Below are positions 28,855 to 38,781 of a stretch of DNA of 64,000 bases, piece by piece. The notes below the pieces were generated by a model that saw only the letters and a list, made by a program, of their open reading frames with translations, searched no databases and was not told the origin of the DNA. Both the position numbers and the translations under genes were made by a program. The DNA is from an uncultured Nitrososphaerota archaeon (lineage in GTDB: Archaea; Thermoproteota; EX4484-205; JAAOZO01): NCBI GenBank assembly GCA_964408285.1, contig CAYOYV010000003.1:96001-160000 (forward strand), written 5' to 3'. How positions within the stretch are numbered: the stretch's first letter is position 1; each line of letters opens with the position of its first letter.

Positions 28855-29934
28855 TTGGATCGAAGATCTAGTGTCACCATTGCTACAAAGAAGTTGAGTA
28901 AGGGCTCCACTGCATCGTTCTCAGGCCACGGAAGGGTGACGGTGACAAGTGGCAGAGTCGAGGTCTTTGGCGCCACTCTTGCAGTCAAGAGCAGTTTCCG
29001 GGTAAGGCTAGGTCGCCAAATGCCTGCATTCGCAAGGGATGAAAGTGCTTCTCTAGAGATAGCAGGTCGCATCAAATTCTTTATCAGCCATGGAGACCCC
29101 TTACCTTCTTCTTGGAGAAAGATACCTGATTTATTCCTGTTCAGGAACATGCCCACTGTAATGGTTCTGGGTCCGGTAGACTCAGGTAAGAGCTCCTTCT
29201 GCACATTTCTCGCGAACACGGCGTTGAATGTCTCAAACAATGTCGGACTGGTCGACGGAGATCTTGGTCAGGCCGATATGGGCCCACCAGGGTGCATCTC
29301 AGCTGGATTGGCAACCAAGCAGTTCACGGACCTGAGGCAAATAAGACCCGTTTACACTGGATTCGTAGGTGCCATCTCTCCCTCGCTTGATGTCAATGGT
29401 TGCATTGAACAACTCAGAAGGTCTGTCCAAGTCATCCGTTCGTTCTCACCTTTTTACCTTCTCATCAACACGGATGGTTGGGTTGACTCGGAGGGATTGA
29501 AGCACAAGAGATCGGTGGTCGATGAGATAATGCCGGATACTCTAGTCTACATAGATGCCAGCCAAGCATCGAACCTGAATTCGCTCGGCAGAGAGATAGT
29601 CACTGTGGAACGCCCGGCCAACGTCTTGAGAAGAGGGCCAGAAATCAGGGCGAGAGCCAGACTGGCCAATCTCATGCGATTCTTCAGGGGAAGCCAATTG
29701 AAGTCTATACCAAGGGAAAAGATCGAAGGGAGGGATTTCTGCGAGCCGGAAGAAGGGGCATTGGTCGGATTCTATGAATCTGGCAACTTCGTTGGTCTTG
29801 GACTCTGTGAGGGCAGGTCCAATAAGGATTCCCTAGCGATTCACACAAATGTGGAACACTATCAAATCGTCAGAATAGGCAAGTCGGCCATACCGGAGCT
29901 GCTTGATATCTTGAAGAGAACGAGAGGGTACTAG
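28855..29934 (+). CDS. Clp1/Grc3/Nol9-family polynucleotide 5'-OH kinase
   Basis: GPVDSGKSS, DGDLGQ..GPPG, INTDGWV, R...R lid motif. Confidence 0.9.
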   Translation: MDRRSSVTIATKKLSKGSTASFSGHGRVTVTSGRVEVFGATLAVKSSFRVRLGRQMPAFARDESASLEIAGRIKFFISHGDPLPSSWRKIPDLFLFRNMPTVMVLGPVDSGKSSFCTFLANTALNVSNNVGLVDGDLGQADMGPPGCISAGLATKQFTDLRQIRPVYTGFVGAISPSLDVNGCIEQLRRSVQVIRSFSPFYLLINTDGWVDSEGLKHKRSVVDEIMPDTLVYIDASQASNLNSLGREIVTVERPANVLRRGPEIRARARLANLMRFFRGSQLKSIPREKIEGRDFCEPEEGALVGFYESGNFVGLGLCEGRSNKDSLAIHTNVEHYQIVRIGKSAIPELLDILKRTRGY

Positions 29935-30968
29935 AAAGTCTGTTCCATGAAGCCTATCAGTTCATGATCCAGAGGTCTTGTACCTGCAAGTCCTTCGACA
30001 ATCTCAATGTCCGCGATTCTTGTTCCCCGCAGCACTACCATCCTTCCGAATCTCCTCTGATGAGCAAGTTCAGCGGCGAGAAGCCCGAATCTAGTTGCCA
30101 ACACCCTGTCAAACGCTATAGGTTTCCGGCCTCTGATTATGTGTCCCGGGATGACAGCTCTGGTCTCGTAACCAGTCTGTTCTTCTATCTCCTTCGCAAG
30201 GAATTCTCCAATGCCACCAAGCATCACATTTCCGAATTGGTCCCTTTTAACATCCCTGGTAATGGCCCCCGCATAATCCATTATTAGGGCGCCCTCCGCA
30301 ACAACAATCAGAAGAGAGGCTTTTCCCCCCGCCTTTTTCTTCTTTATGAAGTCTATGACCTCTGGGATTCTGAAGGGTTTCTCCGGCACCAATATAAGGT
30401 CCGCACCTGCGGCAATCCCGGAATAGGCCGCTATCCACCCTGCGTTCCTTCCCATGATCTCAGCAACCATTATTCTCTCATGGGAAGCACCGGTTGTTCT
30501 CAAATTATCTAGGGCATCTGCTGCCTCCTCAACCGCAGTGAGGAATCCAAATGTGAAGTCCGTTCCGGGGACATCATTGTCTATGGTCTTTGGAACGCCT
30601 ATGACACTTACTCCCATTTCGACAAGTTTCTTCGCAACGCTGAGCGTGTCGTCTCCGCCCACTGCTATAAGGCAGTCAAGATTCAGTTTGGTCATGTTCT
30701 CCAATATCTTCCCAATACCGCCAGGGCTTTTCAGAGGGTTAGTTCTCGACGTAAGCAGGATCGTTCCCGCTTGATCCATGATATCTCCCACGTCGTCGTA
30801 TCTGAGGTTGACCGTTTCGACATTGTCTAGCAATCCATTCCAGCCTCTTCTGATCCCGATGACCTGGTGGCCGAGGTCACCTGCCCTCTTGACCACTGCT
30901 CTAATGACAGCATTTAGTCCTGGTGCGTCTCCACCTCCTGTGAGAATCCCAATTCGCATATTCTTCAA
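29931..30968 (-). CDS. 6-phosphofructokinase, PFK-A family, PPi-dependent signature
   Basis: TGGGDAPGLN, GGDDTL, PKTIDND, MGR.AGW. Confidence 0.92.
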   Translation of the reverse strand: MKNMRIGILTGGGDAPGLNAVIRAVVKRAGDLGHQVIGIRRGWNGLLDNVETVNLRYDDVGDIMDQAGTILLTSRTNPLKSPGGIGKILENMTKLNLDCLIAVGGDDTLSVAKKLVEMGVSVIGVPKTIDNDVPGTDFTFGFLTAVEEAADALDNLRTTGASHERIMVAEIMGRNAGWIAAYSGIAAGADLILVPEKPFRIPEVIDFIKKKKAGGKASLLIVVAEGALIMDYAGAITRDVKRDQFGNVMLGGIGEFLAKEIEEQTGYETRAVIPGHIIRGRKPIAFDRVLATRFGLLAAELAHQRRFGRMVVLRGTRIADIEIVEGLAGTRPLDHELIGFMEQTF

Positions 30969-31079
30969 AGCACAATCAAGCCAAGTCGTTGGGAGGATTT
31001 ATCCTTAAGCCCGCGAATTGAGATCATTCTCAGGGCGATGCCCGGATGAACCTCGCGAAAGAACTAAAAGCGATTTGGT

Positions 31080-31886
31080 GTGCCCTTCTACATGGTCGGC
31101 TGGGTGCTATTGGATTTAGATGGGGTCATATACAGGGGGGATTCGCCCATCGAAGGATCCAGAGAGGCCATAGAGTCCCTCAATCGCAACGGCTTCAAAA
31201 CTAGATACCTGACCAACAATGCCACACTGACCGGAGAGGAATTCGGCCAGAAGTTGGCCAGAATGGGAATCAGAGTCAGGGCAGATGACATCTTGACCTC
31301 GGGGAAAGCTGCCTCGATGTACCTGAAGGAAAGAAAAGGCCAGTTGCTCATCTATCCTGTCGGAAGTAAGGCGCTTGAGTTCGAGTTAAGGCAGCAAGGT
31401 CACAGAATAGTGGATTGGAGAGAAGCGCAAGCGGTCGTGGTATGCCTTGATTTCAATTTTGACTATGCCAAGTTGGCGAACTCGTCAAGCGCCATTAGAA
31501 ACGGAGCTCTTTTCGTGGCAACCAACAGGGATTCGGTCATCCCGGTGGAGGGGGGCCTAATTCCTGGAGCAGGGGCGATCATATCGGCAATAGAAGAAGC
31601 TTCAGGCGCAAGGGCCATGTCAATAGGCAAGCCTGAGACGGAAATTTTCTCAATCGGGTCTCGAATCTGGGGGCTCTCGGAGAAGGACGCAATAGTAGTA
31701 GGAGATAGACTAGATACGGACATGGCGCTAGGGAATAGAATTGGAGCCATCACAGCCCTTGTCCTTACGGGATTCACCTCCTCCTCTGATGTAACCCTGG
31801 CCAAGTCTTCAGAGGAAGTGCCCAAGTATGTTTTCAAGAATCTCAGGGGATTCTCTGAATCCCTCATAGAAGGAAAAATCGTTTAA
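31080..31886 (+). CDS. HAD-IIA hydrolase (NagD family)
   Basis: DLDGVIY, LTNNAT, ATNRD, GKP, VGDRLDTD. Confidence 0.92.
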   Translation: MPFYMVGWVLLDLDGVIYRGDSPIEGSREAIESLNRNGFKTRYLTNNATLTGEEFGQKLARMGIRVRADDILTSGKAASMYLKERKGQLLIYPVGSKALEFELRQQGHRIVDWREAQAVVVCLDFNFDYAKLANSSSAIRNGALFVATNRDSVIPVEGGLIPGAGAIISAIEEASGARAMSIGKPETEIFSIGSRIWGLSEKDAIVVGDRLDTDMALGNRIGAITALVLTGFTSSSDVTLAKSSEEVPKYVFKNLRGFSESLIEGKIV

Positions 31887-31910
31887 TTTCTGCCTTCGTT
31901 CCTTGCAAGG

Positions 31911-32195
31911 ATGGCAAAGCCCGAAGTCAGGGCTAGAATAAGGGTCTTCGGTCGAGTCCAAGGCGTTTTCTTCCGACAGAATGCCCTGCGCTATGCCATG
32001 AAGATCGGGATTAGAGGCTATATACGAAACCTCGAGGACGGTTCCCTCGAAGCTGTCTACCAAGGTCCAAAAGACAAGGTGGATCAGATGCTCCAATGGA
32101 CGAAAAGAGGTCCCCCCTATGCCTTCGTATCCAGCTATAGAATACGATGGGAAAATCCGGCGGATGATTTCTCGGCCTTTGAGGTCATGTACTGA
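31911..32195 (+). CDS. acyP: Acylphosphatase
   Basis: GRVQGVFFR, GYIRNLEDGS. Confidence 0.95.
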   Translation: MAKPEVRARIRVFGRVQGVFFRQNALRYAMKIGIRGYIRNLEDGSLEAVYQGPKDKVDQMLQWTKRGPPYAFVSSYRIRWENPADDFSAFEVMY

Positions 32196-32332
32196 AAGCG
32201 AGGAACCGAGCCTATCGGCCTTTCGCAGAATCCAGTCCATGTTCCGGATCAGTCTCCCTGCGACTGTAGCACCGGATCCGGCTCCCAAATAGGGGGATGC
32301 TTTCACTTCTGCTATTCTAGTGGTCAGCCGAG

Positions 32333-33160
32333 TCACAGTCGGGCTGGAGAAAGCCTGTTCTCAGAAAGCTCAAGAACAGTCGGGCTAACCCCATAGAACC
32401 TACAACTGAATACCGTATGGAGCCTACCCCTCATCCCCACGGAGTATCCATTTGGTCTTGGCTCGTGGCTCCTTATCATCGCCTTGAGGCCATTCCCGTC
32501 GAGGAACTCGTCCAGAACATCTGGGCCGAAGTAGTAGGTTCCCGGCCCCCTATCATTCGTTTCGAATCCTTCGATGAATTCATTGGGATCGTTCCACAGG
32601 AGCTCGAAGCAAATGGGATCCAGACTGTATTGGTGTTTGGGCAGTCTCTCCAAATCAGCTATTGTCCGAAGCTGCCTAGCGAGTCCTCCATGGACCGCAA
32701 GGAATTTCCCATTGACGATTGCGGAATAGGACAAGTTCGAGAAAAGCTTCTCGTAATTGGAATAGAAGCTGGAGCCATAAGTAGCCTTTACCCTTCCAAA
32801 GAATCCATAATGGATGTTTGAGTCCTTGGTTTCGTGATTGCCTCGAAGCAGGACAAGTCTCTTGGGATGTGACTCCTTCTGCTGCAAAAGGAAGTTGAGA
32901 TTGGCGATTTGATACAATCCTCTGTCAACGTAATCCCCAAGGAATATCACCAGCCATCCATGGTCAAGGTATCTCTTGGCAACGTAGACGCTAGTAAGCA
33001 GATCGCCATGAGTATCCCCAACGAACGCCACATTTCTCGACTCGATTCTTATCGATGAAGGCTCTTCACGGAGCAGGCTGGAGACATTGTCGATCAAAAT
33101 GGAGGCCTCATGCCTCTTCATTTCCTCCAGTGATGTCAGGCGCCTGAATTCCTCCTCCAT
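32333..33160 (-). CDS. PPP-family Ser/Thr protein phosphatase
   Basis: GDTHG, GDYVDRG, LRGNHE, HGG, LLWNDP, IRSHE, TVFS. Confidence 0.93.
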   Translation of the reverse strand: MEEEFRRLTSLEEMKRHEASILIDNVSSLLREEPSSIRIESRNVAFVGDTHGDLLTSVYVAKRYLDHGWLVIFLGDYVDRGLYQIANLNFLLQQKESHPKRLVLLRGNHETKDSNIHYGFFGRVKATYGSSFYSNYEKLFSNLSYSAIVNGKFLAVHGGLARQLRTIADLERLPKHQYSLDPICFELLWNDPNEFIEGFETNDRGPGTYYFGPDVLDEFLDGNGLKAMIRSHEPRPNGYSVGMRGRLHTVFSCRFYGVSPTVLELSENRLSPARL

Positions 33161-33253
33161 GATCGGCCATGGGCTGTATCACACCGCGGTTTATTTTCGT
33201 TTTTTGGGCCTGTATTCTTCGAGAATAGAGGGGAATCCTTTAAAGTCTCCCTA

Positions 33254-33586
33254 GTGCTCTGTCGCGAAGCGTTGGAAAAGCTAGCGAAACTGGACTGGCG
33301 CCGCCACATGGCAGATCTAGCGAAAGGTATGGCCCTCGCGTTGGTCTTGGGGCTTTTTGCCAGGTATGAAGCGGTCGACAATCAGCACAAGGTCGCGAAT
33401 GGTCTTCCATTTGCCTTTGTCATCCAGACTATCAGCATATCCAATGGCGAGTTAATGTCAATATCATTGGATTCTCTTGGTCTCATGATGGATATACTGC
33501 TGTGGACGCTATTCGTCAACCTTGCAGATCGGATCAGCGGGATCGTCCGTTCGCAGTTACATCGGACCAGGCGTACCATAGCGTGA
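33254..33586 (+). CDS. Small hypothetical membrane protein
   Basis: Two hydrophobic segments, GLPFAF motif; start may be ATG 33308. Confidence 0.5.
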   Translation: MLCREALEKLAKLDWRRHMADLAKGMALALVLGLFARYEAVDNQHKVANGLPFAFVIQTISISNGELMSISLDSLGLMMDILLWTLFVNLADRISGIVRSQLHRTRRTIA

Positions 33587-33634
33587 CCGGCTCGATGCTG
33601 AGATTTTTATCCCCTCGAAAGCGCACCTCTTTCC

Positions 33635-34303
33635 ATGGAAGGAGCAGGGGGGCGGCCGATGGAGGTCGACCTTCTTGGCAAAGCGGTGAGAAGATGGCAG
33701 CCCATCCGAGGAGGTTGGCTCGTCGAACTTGACTGGGAACGGAATTACAACTCCCTGATAATTCTCAAGAGATCTATCCGATTCACATTCGATTCGACCA
33801 GAAAGTACGTCGCGACAATGGTGATGGTTTCACCGGAAGAGATGAACGACGCTTGGAAACAGACATTCATTGGGATATTGGGGGGTCAAGCTGACCTTTC
33901 ATGGACAGGTATGCTTGTAAGGAAGCCCTTGTTCAGGATCTCTCCTGATGTGGAGAGAATCAAGAAGGAAGCTCCTGAACTGAAGGTCACCAATGATCTG
34001 GTTGATGCATTGAATTCAGACAACCAACTACTGAACCTTGTCTCAAGAATCAGACCAGAAGAGCTCAAACTTGGCCTAACCATGCTGACTCCAACAGAAT
34101 CGGGAATGCTTCCTGAAATAGGGCAATTCGTTGAGAACCCGACGGAGATAAGCTGGACGATCGGCATTGAGAAGTACCTGACAAGAGGGCTAGAGTTCCC
34201 GAAGCTTGTTAGATTTTCACTGGATGCAATGGACATGATGCTTGGACATGCAAAATCGTTCACACTGAGAGTCAATAGTGCTTTCACCAAGAGAGATTCA
34301 TAG
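33635..34303 (+). CDS. Hypothetical protein
   Basis: 222-aa ORF fills the space between genes; no motif recognised. Confidence 0.6.
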   Translation: MEGAGGRPMEVDLLGKAVRRWQPIRGGWLVELDWERNYNSLIILKRSIRFTFDSTRKYVATMVMVSPEEMNDAWKQTFIGILGGQADLSWTGMLVRKPLFRISPDVERIKKEAPELKVTNDLVDALNSDNQLLNLVSRIRPEELKLGLTMLTPTESGMLPEIGQFVENPTEISWTIGIEKYLTRGLEFPKLVRFSLDAMDMMLGHAKSFTLRVNSAFTKRDS

Positions 34304-34445
34304 GTTCGTGGATTCTAATGCGCGATTTCGGCACTGGAACAAGTAAGAATATCTGTCCTGGATCTGAAGCATGCTATCCGTCCCCTCTTCTGGGCATCGC
34401 CAATATCTCGAAACCGTTAAATGGTCGAGGGGCAGCGCAAGCCCA

Positions 34446-35123
34446 ATGCTTGGTACTATTGCCAACGCCCTTGCGATAGTTGCAGGCTCAATTATGGGGC
34501 TCTCGCTGGGGAAGCATCTTTCAGAGAGGCAGATTGATTCGTCAAGAAAGGCAATGGGCCTAGTAGTAGGTTACATCGGGATAAGAATGCTGTCAGAAGA
34601 GGCTTCTTTGTTGGCGACTCTCCTTGCTCTTGTCGTTGGCACAATTCTAGGGGAAGCCTTAGACATTGACTCATTTGTGAAGAGGATCGGAGACAGGCTA
34701 AAGTCGGCGGTCAAGAACGAGTCCGATTTCAGTGCTGGCTTCTATTCGTCAACGATACTCTTCCTGACCGGCCCAATGGCCATATTGGGTCCGATAAGGG
34801 AAGCAACTAGCGGAGATCTGTCCTTGCTGTTAAGCAAATCTTTCCTCGACGGTTTCTGCTCGCTCACAATGTCAGCTTCTATGGGTGTTTCTGTGGCCTT
34901 CTCATCAGTGCCAGTGATTATCTATCAGGGATGTATGTATCTGCTCGGAATGGAGCTAGGACAATTCCTGCCAGCCAAGATGATAGGTGCCGTGACTGCA
35001 ACAGGAGGCGCGCTGGTGCTGGCTATAGGATTGAATCTGCTTGATGTAACAGATCTGAGAGTGGGTAACATGATTCCTTGTCTGATCATCGTTGCGATTC
35101 TAACTTCCTTTCCTCTACCATAG
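34446..35123 (+). CDS. DUF554 (YdfK/YqgA-like) membrane protein
   Basis: MLGTIAN, GPMAILG, KSFLDG, YQG, GG.L.LAIGLNLL, N.IP. Confidence 0.9.
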   Translation: MLGTIANALAIVAGSIMGLSLGKHLSERQIDSSRKAMGLVVGYIGIRMLSEEASLLATLLALVVGTILGEALDIDSFVKRIGDRLKSAVKNESDFSAGFYSSTILFLTGPMAILGPIREATSGDLSLLLSKSFLDGFCSLTMSASMGVSVAFSSVPVIIYQGCMYLLGMELGQFLPAKMIGAVTATGGALVLAIGLNLLDVTDLRVGNMIPCLIIVAILTSFPLP

Positions 35124-35163
35124 GACACCTTTAAATATCAGTGGGGACGCTCACAACGCAATT

Positions 35164-35898
35164 TTGCCAAGGAAGCTCCTGCTTTTTCTCGTCCTTGCAC
35201 TGTCATCGGCCATCTTCCTAGTGACGATCGCGAGAGCAGAGGACGATCATGTCTACACCTTCTCCCCGGAGTTGGTTAAGGAAAGAGACGGCATTATTGT
35301 TCTTATAAAACCTCCCGGCATTTCAATAACGGCCATTGTGAACGAGACAAAGGGCTTTGGTCACATCCTCCGGATAGCATCTAACGAAACAGCATATGAG
35401 ATTCCACAATACATGACTCCTCCGTATTCTCTCGTGGAGCTCTATCCAAATGGGACAATATATGCACTGACAATATCGTTTAGGACATACTCAACGGCAT
35501 CGGTTCATTATGGTGCCATAACGATAAACAGGAACAACTATCCGGGCAGGGAATACGTCCGACTGAGCGACATCTATTATTTTGCCCGCTTCTCCTCTGT
35601 TTCAGGTCTGCCGCCCGGAGATTACACACTCCGATTTCAGTTCGTTATCCAGAAGAGTTCCTCCTCTTCAGGGCCGTTTGAGGGTATCGTTATTCCTCCC
35701 TTTATCAACATGATCGCCTTTCTTGTGATTGCGGCGGGAGCCATCTATGCTGAGAGCTTCCTCTTGGTCGTATCATTCTTCAAGACCAGAACGGGCGGTC
35801 TTAGCAACTATTGGAAGGTAGGAATATTGGCATCCGTGCTCATTTCAGGGTATCTTCTGTATTGGGCATATTCGCATCTTGTCGTTGGCTCAGCCTGA
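35164..35898 (+). CDS. Hypothetical exported membrane-anchored protein
   Basis: Signal peptide, beta-rich domain, two C-terminal TM helices. Confidence 0.65.
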   Translation: MPRKLLLFLVLALSSAIFLVTIARAEDDHVYTFSPELVKERDGIIVLIKPPGISITAIVNETKGFGHILRIASNETAYEIPQYMTPPYSLVELYPNGTIYALTISFRTYSTASVHYGAITINRNNYPGREYVRLSDIYYFARFSSVSGLPPGDYTLRFQFVIQKSSSSSGPFEGIVIPPFINMIAFLVIAAGAIYAESFLLVVSFFKTRTGGLSNYWKVGILASVLISGYLLYWAYSHLVVGSA

Positions 35899-36025
35899 TA
35901 GCTTCAGAGGGTGCTCGAAATCGCCTCAGCAATCCCATTGGCCATTACTTTGGCCCCCATAAATGACAGAATTGTTTTTATGCAGCATGTTAGTAGCTGT
36001 CAAAGGATTAGGGTAAAAGCCGGTA

Positions 36026-38725
36026 ATGGTTGAGGCAGAAGAAGAGCAGGAATTCGAGTCTGAATGGTGGTTTTCCCGGAAGGCGCTTAGGGTCATTTTC
36101 GGTCCTCTTCTGTACCTGACTTCCTGGCAATACAGACTATGGCAATTCCTACAACAACCTCCCGACATAAGAAGGAGGAAGGCTGAGTCCGAGGCCAAGA
36201 GGATAAGGAAAAGCCACGACTTCCCGACAGTTCAACCCGGTGATGCGGTGGGGAGAGAGAAAGAGTTCAAACAGGTAATGCTCAGCATCAAGTATCACGT
36301 TTTTCGTGACAAAGAGGTCAGAAGATCTGCAACAGCCCTGCCACCGAAGCTGTTCCTTATCAAGGGGGGAAGCGGGACTGGGAAGACATACTTCGCGGAG
36401 GCTGTAATGCGTTGGGCCTTTGAGGAGGGCCTCAACTATGGACTTCTCGTCAACCACGCCTCCCTCAAGCCTGAGGATGTCTATACAATGTGGTATGGCC
36501 AGAGCGCTCAAAGGCTAAGTGAGTTCTTCCAATCAACTTTCATGAAGCCGAGCATAGTCTTAGTTGATGAATTCCAGGCGTTCGGTAAGAAGTTCAGCTC
36601 CTCAACTGAAGTGGGAATGGAGGAGACTCGCGTCCAGACTGTCTTCCTTGAAAAAGTTGACGAACTCCAGAAGAGGAATTACAGGACCGTGTTATTCATA
36701 TCAACAACGAGCATAGAATCCGTGATAGACACGATCAGGAGAAGAGGTGTTGTGGGCACAATAGATCTGGACGCTGGAATCAACAGGGAGAACTTGATCA
36801 GGATAGCGGCTACGCAGTGCGTGAAGCACGGAATTACACTCAATCCCGAACAAATCGTCGATGGTCTTGAGGAGTCAATCAGGGCGATCGGGGGGACGTC
36901 GATCACCCCTGCCGACATTGTAAACGGATTCAACATTGTGATCAACAAGAAGATGCAAGCTTTGGCAGACTCCCTTGGAGAAGGTCAGGAGAAAGGTGAG
37001 GTCAAAATAGGACGAACGGTGACCCTTGAGGATTTCAGATTGGCTGCGAAATCAGTCAAGTCATACTCGGCCGAAGAAAGGACTGAAGCAGCGAAGAGGG
37101 CCGCCCAGAGGGTTCGACCCCAAGAGACCTACGAGCACGTCGGCGGCCTCAAGGGAATCAAGGAGGAAGTCATAAAGGAGCTTTCTGTTGCTCTGAACGC
37201 TGAGCTGGCTCTCAAGGCGAAATACATACCCCCAAAGGGATTCATCTTCAACGGGCCGCCGGGAACGGGTAAGACCCTTCTGGCGAAAGCCATAGCAAGA
37301 GAAAACAATGTCTGGTTCTATGAAATAAACGGTCCATCGATACTGCAAGGACTCTACGGCGATCCAGAGAGAACCATAAGGAATATATTCGAAGATGCCA
37401 GGAAGAATTCGCCAGCGATAATATTCTTTGACGAGATAGATTCCATAGCCCCGCGAAGAGGAACAACTGATCCCCTCTTGGACCGGGTGACAAGCCAATT
37501 GATTACAGAGATAGACGGTTTTGTCCCGTTGACTGGGGTTGTTGTAATAGGAAGCACCAATAGGCTCGAAGCATTGGACCCAGCACTTCTTGAACGTTTC
37601 ACCCACCATTTCCAGTTCACGTATCCGAAGAGCATCAATGAGAAGGAGGAAATCGTACAAATCCATCTAGGCCAATACTTGGACATAGCTCATGAGGAAG
37701 TGACAACAAGCGCTGTCATGGAGCTCTTTAGCGGCAGAGTACTTAGCCCTCGAAAAATAGCAGATGTGATAAACGAATCAAATAGACTTAGGACAAAGGA
37801 ATTGGATGGTGCCAGGGTATTGGTGAAGGCTTTCGATGACGGACCCAAGGAGCTATCAAAGGCCAGATCGATCTACTCTCAGGAGGAGCACCGCCTCTCG
37901 GAGGTACTAGGGGTCTCAGAGGACTTTGAAATCTTGCTGCCCTTATTGCGTGACATAGATCCTTCGAGCTATCCACTTCGGCTCTATCATATCCGAAAGG
38001 CGATTGAGCAAAGCTCTGAGGAGACCGTGGAAGAAGCAAGGAAAATGATATCAAGCACTGTAAGAGCGGAAACCGCCGAGATCGGCAAAGCTTACGGACT
38101 GGTCGCTCTGGGCGAAGGCTCCGCCGGCGGTTTCGTGACAGCAGTTGAGGTGGTCGTCAATCGCATGGGTTCAGGGCAAGTGAGGGTAATAGGTAGCGAA
38201 TTCGGAGAAAGCATCAAGGCAAGCGCAGAGGATGCATTCGTTTTCATCAACTCGATATCGGACTGGAGATACAAGAACTACGACTTGTTCGTGGAATTGG
38301 TGACTCCTGCAAAAGGAATGGAGAGGGCCCCGGCTGGCTTCGGGATTACCGCAGCACCAGTTTCAGGTCCATCAGCAGGAATCGCAATATCGGTCGCAAT
38401 GATATCTTCACTGACCGGTCTCAAGGTTGATCCGACTGTTGTCGTTACTGGAGCGATCACGGCCAAAGGCGAGGTATGGCCAGTTGGTGGCATGGATTAC
38501 AGGGGAATGGGAAAAGTGGAGGCCGCTTTGGCTGATAAGTACGTCCGGAAACTAGTCATTCCTGAATACAACTTGAGGAAGCTGAACGAAAGCGGAGGTC
38601 TCGAGGCCCTTCAGAAAGTAGGCATAGATGTGAGGGGGGTGAAGGATGTAGTGGAGGCAGCAATAGAATGCCTGGAGGGTCAGATAGACAAGCAAGCCCT
38701 GACCAAGGCCCTGCTTCATGGCTAG
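36026..38725 (+). CDS. Tandem AAA+ ATPase (CDC48-like D1/D2) fused to C-terminal Lon-type (S16) protease domain
   Basis: D1 GGSGTGKT/VLVDEF; D2 GPPGTGKT/IFFDEIDS/STNRLEALDPALLERF; C-term SGPSAG...TGAIT.KGEVWPVGG...KVEAA. Confidence 0.85.
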   Translation: MVEAEEEQEFESEWWFSRKALRVIFGPLLYLTSWQYRLWQFLQQPPDIRRRKAESEAKRIRKSHDFPTVQPGDAVGREKEFKQVMLSIKYHVFRDKEVRRSATALPPKLFLIKGGSGTGKTYFAEAVMRWAFEEGLNYGLLVNHASLKPEDVYTMWYGQSAQRLSEFFQSTFMKPSIVLVDEFQAFGKKFSSSTEVGMEETRVQTVFLEKVDELQKRNYRTVLFISTTSIESVIDTIRRRGVVGTIDLDAGINRENLIRIAATQCVKHGITLNPEQIVDGLEESIRAIGGTSITPADIVNGFNIVINKKMQALADSLGEGQEKGEVKIGRTVTLEDFRLAAKSVKSYSAEERTEAAKRAAQRVRPQETYEHVGGLKGIKEEVIKELSVALNAELALKAKYIPPKGFIFNGPPGTGKTLLAKAIARENNVWFYEINGPSILQGLYGDPERTIRNIFEDARKNSPAIIFFDEIDSIAPRRGTTDPLLDRVTSQLITEIDGFVPLTGVVVIGSTNRLEALDPALLERFTHHFQFTYPKSINEKEEIVQIHLGQYLDIAHEEVTTSAVMELFSGRVLSPRKIADVINESNRLRTKELDGARVLVKAFDDGPKELSKARSIYSQEEHRLSEVLGVSEDFEILLPLLRDIDPSSYPLRLYHIRKAIEQSSEETVEEARKMISSTVRAETAEIGKAYGLVALGEGSAGGFVTAVEVVVNRMGSGQVRVIGSEFGESIKASAEDAFVFINSISDWRYKNYDLFVELVTPAKGMERAPAGFGITAAPVSGPSAGIAISVAMISSLTGLKVDPTVVVTGAITAKGEVWPVGGMDYRGMGKVEAALADKYVRKLVIPEYNLRKLNESGGLEALQKVGIDVRGVKDVVEAAIECLEGQIDKQALTKALLHG

Positions 38726-38781
38726 AGGAACTCTAGGAAATTCGTCTTCGTCGAAAAAGGATTTTCCCATTATGAGGGATC

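Noticed and set aside
32197-32226. Hairpin with a GAA bulge right after the acylphosphatase TGA (SECIS-like)
   Set aside because: It lacks the opposing A of the archaeal SECIS, and the protein is already full length at that TGA.
38490-38515. 12-nt insertion in the Lon domain as a second intron
   Set aside because: It is in frame and I found no BHB pairing at its borders.
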